Below are positions 48,228 to 56,212 of a stretch of DNA of 64,000 nucleotides, in pieces. The stretch covers positions 1-64,000 of the IMG/VR virus record IMGVR_UViG_3300032309_000911; one strand, 5' to 3'. The translations under genes were made by a program, and so were the position numbers. Source of the DNA: a virus. The notes under the pieces are model-generated. The model worked only from the letters and a program-made list of their open reading frames with translations, made no database searches and was not told the origin of the DNA. How positions within the stretch are numbered: position 1 is the stretch's first letter; every line of letters begins with the position of its first letter.

Positions 48228-48726
48228 TATCAAATTACCTAAAAATATTGATGTTAAATTGGATAATCTTCCTGTAAAACAACCATATATTCCTAGAATA
48301 TGTGGTAGACAAGCTCACATGTTTATTTGGTGGGGAACTAAAGAAACCGACCCGGACATTTATGAACAAACTTTAAAAAATAAAAATGAAGAACAATGGA
48401 TAACTTGTGATGAAATTTGGAAATTAGAAAAAGGTATTTCCTCAATTCATATATATGACACTGAAATTATTGTAGGATGTGTTAAATATTCTGGTGTTTT
48501 GAAAAAAAAAACTATACATGAAAGAAAAAAATTTATTAGACAAATGTGGAATGATATAGTAAGTATGTTTAAAGATAAAAAAATTATTGTTCCTGTAGGT
48601 TCATATTTAGAATATATAAGTTTGTCAATAAATTTAACAAAAATACAACACGAACCTTATCAAAAAAGATTTTTAAATCCATTAGGTTTTAAAAAACAAG
48701 GAAATTATTGGATAAGATGGACCTAA
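48154..48726 (+). CDS. hypothetical protein of the radical SAM cassette
   Basis: Overlapping co-oriented ORF; start uncertain. Confidence 0.6.
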   Translation: MSVSINLRTDISKMYEYNEDTSLINIKLPKNIDVKLDNLPVKQPYIPRICGRQAHMFIWWGTKETDPDIYEQTLKNKNEEQWITCDEIWKLEKGISSIHIYDTEIIVGCVKYSGVLKKKTIHERKKFIRQMWNDIVSMFKDKKIIVPVGSYLEYISLSINLTKIQHEPYQKRFLNPLGFKKQGNYWIRWT

Positions 48727-49808
48727 TAATTAAACCAACAGAATTGTGTAATTTTAAATGTACTTTTTGTTCTAGCACTAAAATAGCGGAACACAAAAAA
48801 GATGTATTATCGCTTGAACAAATATTTACATTTTTAAAAAGATTTCCTCAAACAAGAACAATTATAGTTAATGGAGGCGATCCTTTAATGATGGAACCAG
48901 AATACTATTGGAAAATTATTGAATGGTTGGATAAAAACGATTACGATACATCTATTGCATTAACTACAAATTTATGGCCATTCTATAAAAAACCAGACAA
49001 ATGGGTTAATTTATTTAACAATGAAAGAGTTGGTGTAACTACATCTTTTCAATATGGAGGTGGCCGTCTTAAAGGAGATTTAACAGAATTTACAGAAGAA
49101 GATTTTTGGAAATGTTCAAATGCTATGTTAGAATATTGTGGTTATAGGCCAGATTTTATATCTGTTATTGTTCCTGAAAACGAAAAAGATGCAATTAAAA
49201 ATGTAGAACTTGCAAAACGTATGAGTGAAGATATTGTACCTGATGGAACAATGCACAATTTTACACGTCATAGTAAGACTGGTGTGGAATGTAAATTAAA
49301 TTATGCAATGTCTAGTGGCGATCAAGGTAAACCTTATTTGTTAAGTAAGATATATCAGATATACGTAGAAATATGGAAACGTGGTCTTGCACCTTGGGAA
49401 TTTAATACAAAACAAATGATACAAAGATTAAACAATGATAGAACATCTTGTCCTCAAAATCGCAAATGCGATACTGGAATACGTGCATTAAATCCTAGCG
49501 GAGATTATTATTCTTGTGGTGCTTTTGGTGATGATAAAGACAAAACCATAGATTTTGATAGAGAAATGAAAGGAGAGTTTTTTACTCCTTTACAAGATGA
49601 TTTAAATTTGCTTAGTATGAAGAAATCTTGTTTTACTTGTCCTATGTTTAATATATGTAATGGTTGCAGAAAAACAATTAAGGATTTTAAACATCACGGA
49701 GTTGTAGAAGAACATTGCAAACTTATGAAAACCATAGCACCGGACATAATTAAATCTAATGGACTAAATATTGAAGTAACACCTTATATAGATGAAAGTG
49801 TATTATGA
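48717..49808 (+). CDS. radical SAM/SPASM-domain enzyme 3
   Basis: MDLIIKPTELCNFKCTFCS, VNGGDPL, CPQNRKC...YSC...CFTCPMFNICNGC...C. Confidence 0.92.
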   Translation: MDLIIKPTELCNFKCTFCSSTKIAEHKKDVLSLEQIFTFLKRFPQTRTIIVNGGDPLMMEPEYYWKIIEWLDKNDYDTSIALTTNLWPFYKKPDKWVNLFNNERVGVTTSFQYGGGRLKGDLTEFTEEDFWKCSNAMLEYCGYRPDFISVIVPENEKDAIKNVELAKRMSEDIVPDGTMHNFTRHSKTGVECKLNYAMSSGDQGKPYLLSKIYQIYVEIWKRGLAPWEFNTKQMIQRLNNDRTSCPQNRKCDTGIRALNPSGDYYSCGAFGDDKDKTIDFDREMKGEFFTPLQDDLNLLSMKKSCFTCPMFNICNGCRKTIKDFKHHGVVEEHCKLMKTIAPDIIKSNGLNIEVTPYIDESVL

Positions 49809-50326
49809 TTAATGATTTTTTAACAAAAGGTTTTATTATATTAAATGATAAAGATCCTTTTAAATTTATAGATATCAATGATATACAATGGACTGATGCC
49901 GGTCATGTAGGTTTGCAAGTAGTTATTAAAGAAGAAAAAATACAAAATGAACTATTAACAACTCAAAAATATCTAGGTGAGAAATACGTAAAACAAATAG
50001 ATTCGAATTACAAACTTGCTAATAAAATAGATTTAGTAAATGGCATGGATGAGGCTACTTTGGTTTGGCATAACGATTTAATAGAAGGACCAAATCTTTG
50101 CATTTTAACTTATTTTGATGATATGGATGTTGATATTGGAGGTGCTATTTGTTTTAGAAAAACAGAAACAAAAGAAGATTTAATAAAACATTACCCTAAA
50201 AAAAATGATATTCTTATTATGAATCAAAGTTTAAAATATGAACATATAGTTACACCTCTGAAATTAAAACTTCCTAGACGAGTGGCCAGTTTTAATTATT
50301 ATATAGATGAAAGGTTGACAAAATGA
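49805..50326 (+). CDS. Fe(II)/2-oxoglutarate dioxygenase
   Basis: VWHNDL (HxD), GGAICF, YEHIVTP, RRVASF. Confidence 0.8.
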   Translation: MINDFLTKGFIILNDKDPFKFIDINDIQWTDAGHVGLQVVIKEEKIQNELLTTQKYLGEKYVKQIDSNYKLANKIDLVNGMDEATLVWHNDLIEGPNLCILTYFDDMDVDIGGAICFRKTETKEDLIKHYPKKNDILIMNQSLKYEHIVTPLKLKLPRRVASFNYYIDERLTK

Positions 50327-50901
50327 AAGAAGGATTTAATAATTTGTGGCCTACTATCATATTAAAAGATATTATAAAAGATAAACCATTATTAGATGAT
50401 GTAACAAATTATACATTAACAAAATATGGGTTAGATAATAAGATATCAGCAGATATTAAATATCAAAATCTATTTGATGATAATTATTATAACAAGTTTA
50501 GATACAACATAGTAATACCTTTTTTTGAAAAATATTTGCAAGAAAATGTAGGTATTAGTTTGAAAGATAAAAAATATACTATGAGAGCATGGTTAACGGG
50601 TTATGGTGTTTCTTATTCTATGCCAAAACACAATCATTCAGGTTCTCATTTGAGTGCGGTATTTTATTTACTATCCGAAGATAATCATCTAGGAGGATCT
50701 TTAGTAATAAATGACCCTCGTTTTAATGCAAATAGAGGTTATACGCCTGATTTTAAAAAATGGTTTGAAAAAGAAATGTTTAATCCAAAAACAGGAGATA
50801 TTTTAATATTTCCAAGTTTTACTTATCATAGTGTTGACACTTATTATGGAAAATTAAGATTAGCTATGCCTGTTGATCTAATATTATATAATGATGAATA
50901 A
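50323..50901 (+). CDS. Fe(II)/2OG oxygenase (phage 2OG-FeII_Oxy_5-like)
   Basis: LWPTII, RAW, KHNHSGSHLSAVFY, DPR, ILIFPSFTYHSV, R-L-A-M. Confidence 0.8.
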   Translation: MKEGFNNLWPTIILKDIIKDKPLLDDVTNYTLTKYGLDNKISADIKYQNLFDDNYYNKFRYNIVIPFFEKYLQENVGISLKDKKYTMRAWLTGYGVSYSMPKHNHSGSHLSAVFYLLSEDNHLGGSLVINDPRFNANRGYTPDFKKWFEKEMFNPKTGDILIFPSFTYHSVDTYYGKLRLAMPVDLILYNDE

Positions 50902-51820
50902 TATAACAGTATCTATAAATCCAAGTTATTTTTGTAATTTTAGATGTAATTTTTGTTATCTCGCAACTGAACAATTAGGTGATCAAAAAAAAATATCATT
51001 ATCAATACTAGATAAAAGATTAAAAGAAATTAGTAAAGTTAGAAATATAGAATGGGTTGATCTATATGGTGGAGAAATAGGCGCATTAAAAAAGGATTAT
51101 TTTTATGGATTAAAAGATGTAGTAAGAAAATATTACAAAGATAAAATTAATATAATAACCAATTATTCTATGTTACACGAAGGATTTTTTAAAGACGATT
51201 TTTATTTAAGTGTAAGTTATGATTTCGAAGCAAGAGAAAAATCCGATTTAGTTTATAATAATATGTTTCAGAGTACGGTGCCTATTGCAGTATTAATACT
51301 TGCAAGTCAAAAGGTAATAGAAATGAACGTAGATGATATGATAAACAAATTAAATCTTTGTTCTAGTATAGAAAGCGTGGAAATTAAACCATATTCAATA
51401 AATCAAGCAAATGAACAATATGTTACACATAAAGATTTTGAATTGTTTGTGCAAAAATGGATTGAAAGTCCTGTAATAAAAAAATTTGATTTTATAAATG
51501 AAGGAAAAATAATTCAAAGTTTAAATAAAGAATACAACGCATTTTCAAACAATCATGTTTATATAACTCCTAATGGAAATTTTGCTGTATTAGAATTTGA
51601 TAAAAATGATAAAGAGTATTTTTTAGAATTAAGTTCTATTAAAGAATATATAAAATGGGCAGAACAAGAACCAATAAAAAATATTTCAGATATATGTAGA
51701 AAATGTAAATATTACGGTCATTGTTTAACTGAACATTATCGTTATGTAAAAGATTTAAATAACAGTTGTAATGGATATAAAGGATTATTAGAATATTATG
51801 GAAAAAGAATGGAAAATTAG
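50891..51820 (+). CDS. radical SAM enzyme 4 with short Cys-rich tail
   Basis: NPSYFCNFRCNFCY, LYGGE, C-terminal CRKCKYYGHC...SCNG. Confidence 0.9.
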   Translation: MMNNITVSINPSYFCNFRCNFCYLATEQLGDQKKISLSILDKRLKEISKVRNIEWVDLYGGEIGALKKDYFYGLKDVVRKYYKDKINIITNYSMLHEGFFKDDFYLSVSYDFEAREKSDLVYNNMFQSTVPIAVLILASQKVIEMNVDDMINKLNLCSSIESVEIKPYSINQANEQYVTHKDFELFVQKWIESPVIKKFDFINEGKIIQSLNKEYNAFSNNHVYITPNGNFAVLEFDKNDKEYFLELSSIKEYIKWAEQEPIKNISDICRKCKYYGHCLTEHYRYVKDLNNSCNGYKGLLEYYGKRMEN

Positions 51821-52193
51821 ACAAGCATTATATCACAAATTAAATAGTGATTATACTGACGATCTAAAAAAGATAAAAATAGAAATAAGTAGCGATATTG
51901 TTGAAAATTGTATAAGATATTTTTATAATACCGATATGCCTTTTATATACCCGTCAAAAAGTTATGTGGTGGCCATTTGTTATGCCTATTGGTTATCAAA
52001 AGACTTTGGTGAAGATTTTTATGAATTGTTAAACGATAAAGATTTGTTATATGGAAACGACCCATATTTTAAAACATATGAAGAAGATACTAAAACGTAT
52101 GATGAAATATTAAAAAAGGTTATGCCTCTTGATGAAAATAAAGGTATAGTGCCAGACATAAAGAATTATTATATGGCTGAATTTTTTATATAA
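51798..52193 (+). CDS. hypothetical protein, last gene of the radical SAM cassette
   Basis: YPSKSYVVAICYA...LLYGNDPYF; overlaps enzyme 4. Confidence 0.65.
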   Translation: MEKEWKIRQALYHKLNSDYTDDLKKIKIEISSDIVENCIRYFYNTDMPFIYPSKSYVVAICYAYWLSKDFGEDFYELLNDKDLLYGNDPYFKTYEEDTKTYDEILKKVMPLDENKGIVPDIKNYYMAEFFI

Positions 52194-52196
52194 ATA
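52189..52196 (+). promoter_or_regulatory. T4-type late promoter
   Basis: TATAAATA at the end of the cassette. Confidence 0.6.
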
Positions 52197-52215
52197 ATAA
52201 TGTAACAATATAAAG

Positions 52216-52437
52216 GTGAATGATATGACAATTAATATAAACGGTAAAGAATATGACGAAACTAAGTTTGATGATATATTAAAAAATTACATTATAGCTA
52301 GACAAGAAATACAAAACAGTAGAGTTCGCATGATTATGGAACTTGAAAAAGTTGATGTTCTTACGAACTATTATAATGCTAAAATTAATGAAGAATTAAA
52401 AAAATTAGAAGAACCAAAAGAAGAAATAAAAGAATAA
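52216..52437 (+). CDS. small coiled-coil hypothetical protein
   Basis: ININGKEYDE motif followed by a helical region. Confidence 0.6.
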   Translation: MNDMTININGKEYDETKFDDILKNYIIARQEIQNSRVRMIMELEKVDVLTNYYNAKINEELKKLEEPKEEIKE

Positions 52438-52441
52438 AAAA

Positions 52442-52789
52442 ATGGCAGGTATAGCAAACTTATCAATAGACGCCGGCGCTACATTTACAAGTGATGTATT
52501 AGTACAGAATGATGATGGTACTGCTTTTAATTTAACAGGTTATACAGCTCAAGGTAAAATGTCTCAAGGATATTCTGCCACATATCAAAGAGTATATTTT
52601 GATATTACTATCTATCAAGCTGATGGAATAGTAACAATAGGTTTAGATCCTGCAACAACTGCTCAGTTAGAGGATGGCCGTTGGGTTTATGATGTAGAAA
52701 TAACTAATGTAGCCGATAGTACAGTAACACGTGTTGTTGAAGGTATTATTACAGTTTATCCAGGTGTAGTTTCTACTTACAATCCTTAA
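52442..52789 (+). CDS. conserved virion structural protein (BppU-N-like Ig fold)
   Basis: ANLSIDAGATF...FNLTGYTA...GRWVYDVEI...VTRVVEGIITVYPGV. Confidence 0.7.
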   Translation: MAGIANLSIDAGATFTSDVLVQNDDGTAFNLTGYTAQGKMSQGYSATYQRVYFDITIYQADGIVTIGLDPATTAQLEDGRWVYDVEITNVADSTVTRVVEGIITVYPGVVSTYNP

Positions 52790-54117
52790 TCGAAAAATTT
52801 ATTTGTAGGTATTTTTATTTCTACATTGTTTTTAGAAAAATGATAATCTCCATCTGGGCCATTATCACAAAAAGGTCCTGAAATTAATCTAAAACCTAAA
52901 TCTTCAACATACTTAATTACTTCATCTCTTAAAGGTGCGCCTTTGTTATATTCTACTATTTGTAATTCTAATATTAAATCTTTACAATGTTTTAAAGCTT
53001 CTTTAGATCCTTTTAAAACATCCAATTCAGCACCTTGTACATCTATTTTTATTAAGTCCGGCATAGGCAGATTTCTTGAACTTATAATACTATCTAAAGT
53101 TTTAGTTTTATATAATTTTTTATTACTTTCATTATACAATCTATTAGATTCAGAACTGATTTGTTCGTTTTCTTTATAATAACTATTTCCACCAGGATGA
53201 TAAGTGTTTTTATAAAAATTAACTTCTTTATCTGTTCTATCACTTAGTACACCTATATGGTATTGTAAATTGTTTTCTTTGTATAAAAATTCACATTCTG
53301 ACATTGCTTCAAAAACAACATACTCAGCATTTGGCCATATTGTTTTAGCTTCACTTGTCCAATGTAGTACACAAGCACCTATATCGTAAATTACTTTTGG
53401 TGATATGTTTAAACTTTTCAAATAATCTACGTGTATTTGAGGTAACAATCTTTTAGTTGATAAATCTTTTAATCTATCAGTTATATTAATTTCTTTTTTA
53501 TTTACAGTTGGAGTATTAGGTGTACTTTCCACTTTAAAAATCGTATTACCTATATGTTCACAATGTACTGTTGTATCAGCAAATATTTCAAAACCTTTTG
53601 CTTTAACTTTTCTACAAAAATCAACATCTTCTGATATTGTATTTTTATGATCTATTGCTGAATGATAAACAAAATGAGGATAAGGTATCGATCTAAAAAC
53701 TTCTCCTTTAATTAATACACAACCCATTCCACAAGCTGCTAATTCAACTAATGGAGTATCCTTTATTTTTTCAAATGGTATATTTGAACAACCACCTCTA
53801 TCATTGTGTTCATAAACTTCTAATATATGTTCGTTTTCTTTTCTTTGTATGTAAAGACCTGATATCATGTCTTTATTATGACTTAAAAGTTTTTTAAGTG
53901 TATCTGTTGAAAAAGAAATATCACTATCTACTGAAAACAAATAATCATAATGAGTTGCCCAATGTGCTATTAAATTTCTTATTTGATCTATTTGATAACC
54001 AAAGAAAAATTGTAATTCTGTAGTATAACCATCGGGAATTTCAAGGTCATAAATGGCCTTCATTGTTTTTGTTTCAACGTATTTGTTTGTTGGTATAGCT
54101 ATTAATATTTTTTTCAT
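52786..54117 (-). CDS. GT-A glycosyltransferase fused to an FkbM-family methyltransferase
   Basis: ILIAIP, LFSVDSDI (DxD), GMGCVLI, SEDVDFC; then IYDIGAC, FEA, LIKIDVQGAELDVLKG. Confidence 0.85.
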   Translation of the reverse strand: MKKILIAIPTNKYVETKTMKAIYDLEIPDGYTTELQFFFGYQIDQIRNLIAHWATHYDYLFSVDSDISFSTDTLKKLLSHNKDMISGLYIQRKENEHILEVYEHNDRGGCSNIPFEKIKDTPLVELAACGMGCVLIKGEVFRSIPYPHFVYHSAIDHKNTISEDVDFCRKVKAKGFEIFADTTVHCEHIGNTIFKVESTPNTPTVNKKEINITDRLKDLSTKRLLPQIHVDYLKSLNISPKVIYDIGACVLHWTSEAKTIWPNAEYVVFEAMSECEFLYKENNLQYHIGVLSDRTDKEVNFYKNTYHPGGNSYYKENEQISSESNRLYNESNKKLYKTKTLDSIISSRNLPMPDLIKIDVQGAELDVLKGSKEALKHCKDLILELQIVEYNKGAPLRDEVIKYVEDLGFRLISGPFCDNGPDGDYHFSKNNVEIKIPTNKFFD

Positions 54118-56141
54118 TGATTTAATATCCTGTTTGCGTTTTTAGTTTGTTCTTCAGAGTTTACTTTATAATCATTTAAAGCGTGTGTGTCATTATAGTT
54201 ATAAACAATGTCTTGTACTACTTTAATACTTTCAGGTTGACATTTTTCTATTAGAGAATAGAAAATAGAACCATCGCCTCCTGCTTTATACCATTTTCCA
54301 TTTTCATCTTTAAACATACTTTCATCAATATTTTCTAAAAGATATGCTTTAAATGTTCTTAAATGAGTATAAGGCATGTTCCAATTAAATTTGTATTGTC
54401 TATATTTCTTTTCTTTTTTAATTTGTTCTGGATAAGGTTGAGACACTAAAGGTATATTATCTACCATTGACCAACATGAACCATAACTAAACTCAGTTGT
54501 ACCATCATAAATATTATTATAAAAATGAAATATTTGATTATCGTTTACTAAAGAATCATCACCATCTAAAAACATTACAATATCATCACGTTCACAAAAT
54601 TTGTTTATTGATTCTATTTGATTTCTTACAGCGCCTTTATTTTCTTTATTTCTTATTACTTTAATCTTATCACTTTCATATTTTTTAGCCAACTCATAAG
54701 TATTATCTGTAGAACAATCATCAATAACAACCATTAAATAATTATCATAATCTTGTGTAATAACCGATTCAATACATCTTTCAATATATTTAGAAGCATT
54801 ATAAGTAGGTGAAATTATAACAATCTTTTGTTCTTTATTTCTAGGTAAATAATTTTCTTCATAATTATTAAATCTTCTACCAAATACTTTTTTAACCCTA
54901 GAATTAATATGACTTACTTCTTTATATTCTTCTTTTGAAAGATATGCGCCTAATTTTTTATAGATGTGTTGTTTCCATTGTAATGCAATTGAATCCCAAC
55001 CAACAATACCTTTTATGATATTACAAGAATACATTTTTTGTTGATGTAAGTATCTATTAGCATTGGCCTGTAAAACCATATTTACAAATTTATTTTCTTG
55101 TTCTTTTTTATCAATAAACTTAAAAAGACTATTTGGTTCTATTGCATAATCCATTAAATAGCATGCCTGTTCAACTGCTGTTTCTTCTAAAGCTCCAAAA
55201 CGAGTTGTAATTAAAGGAGTGTTATATGCTAAAGATTCTAAAGTTGAAATACCAAATGTTTCAGGAAAGGCACCAGGAAATAACATAAAGCTGGCTTTTG
55301 CCATTAATTCTGCTATTTCTGATTGTTTAATTATTCCTGTAAATTCGATATCTAACTTTTTATATTTTTCATCAGCAACTAATTGTCTCCATTTTTTTTC
55401 TTGTTCATCTGGTTCAGCATTTTCTCTAAATCTATAATATCCACCAATTACTTTTAATTTGGCTTCAGGTATTTGTTGTTTGATTCTTTCCCACATATTT
55501 TCAACTAGAGGCAACATACCTTTTGTAACAGAGGCATTATAAACATATAAATGAGGATCTTTTTGTCTTATGTCTATTTCATCTTTGTAAAGTACGATAC
55601 CATTACGTGTCATAAACATATGAGATTTAAGTACTTCAAAATTTCTTCTTTTACCATGATCACACGTAGTTACATAAGAAGTATGAAAATCTGAAAGGGT
55701 AAATATTTCATCCATATCTTTATGAACAATCATATCTTCTAATAAATGATCGCCTTTAGCAAAAGTATCGTGCATCCACATTGCTTTAAATTTAGCATTT
55801 TGTTTTATTTTAGAATATCTTTGAGGTTTAAAATTTTCAAATTGATTATATAAGTGTGGTGGTAAAAACGGTATTACTGTTCTCGAAGATATAACTACAT
55901 CAAAACTAAAATCATTTTTATAATCTAATATAGTGTGATCTATATATTGAACATTATCAAATATTCCTTCTTTTGATTCTTTATCTATACAATTATTAAA
56001 TACGGTTACTTTAAAATTTTTTTTAGCTAATTCTTTTGCAAGTAAAATTACGGCTGATTCTGATCCTCCTAAACCTCTTTTGTTTAAGGTATCGCCGTCA
56101 TAAGTCAATCCAATAATGTCAATAATAGCTATAGAAATCAT
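54114..56141 (-). CDS. double glycosyltransferase (GT4-like GT-B plus GT2 GT-A)
   Basis: GLGGSESA, WMHD, FPETFGISTLESLA; then ISPTYNA..YIERCIESV..Q.Y, DDCSTD, FLDGDD. Confidence 0.88.
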   Translation of the reverse strand: MISIAIIDIIGLTYDGDTLNKRGLGGSESAVILLAKELAKKNFKVTVFNNCIDKESKEGIFDNVQYIDHTILDYKNDFSFDVVISSRTVIPFLPPHLYNQFENFKPQRYSKIKQNAKFKAMWMHDTFAKGDHLLEDMIVHKDMDEIFTLSDFHTSYVTTCDHGKRRNFEVLKSHMFMTRNGIVLYKDEIDIRQKDPHLYVYNASVTKGMLPLVENMWERIKQQIPEAKLKVIGGYYRFRENAEPDEQEKKWRQLVADEKYKKLDIEFTGIIKQSEIAELMAKASFMLFPGAFPETFGISTLESLAYNTPLITTRFGALEETAVEQACYLMDYAIEPNSLFKFIDKKEQENKFVNMVLQANANRYLHQQKMYSCNIIKGIVGWDSIALQWKQHIYKKLGAYLSKEEYKEVSHINSRVKKVFGRRFNNYEENYLPRNKEQKIVIISPTYNASKYIERCIESVITQDYDNYLMVVIDDCSTDNTYELAKKYESDKIKVIRNKENKGAVRNQIESINKFCERDDIVMFLDGDDSLVNDNQIFHFYNNIYDGTTEFSYGSCWSMVDNIPLVSQPYPEQIKKEKKYRQYKFNWNMPYTHLRTFKAYLLENIDESMFKDENGKWYKAGGDGSIFYSLIEKCQPESIKVVQDIVYNYNDTHALNDYKVNSEEQTKNANRILNQ

Positions 56142-56162
56142 TTAAATAAAGTTAAAATTATT

Positions 56163-56200
56163 TATAAATATACAGTAACATAATTTAATTAAAATGTCAA
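56163..56200. promoter_or_regulatory. interleaved divergent promoters: late TATAAATA (+) for the fibre gene and sigma70-like (-) for the glycosyltransferases
   Basis: TATAAATA at 56163-56170 (+); TTGACA at 56200-56195, 17 nt, TACTGT (-). Confidence 0.5.
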
Positions 56201-56212
56201 TAAAATAAAAGT

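Noticed and set aside
43819-51820. Radical SAM genes as a DNA-modification (7-deazaguanine/QueE) or NrdG-activase pathway
   Set aside because: No folE, queC, queD, dpdA or nrdD neighbours; the enzymes have SPASM-like Cys tails and sit beside a Cys/His-repeat protein, which favours protein substrates. Not formally excluded.
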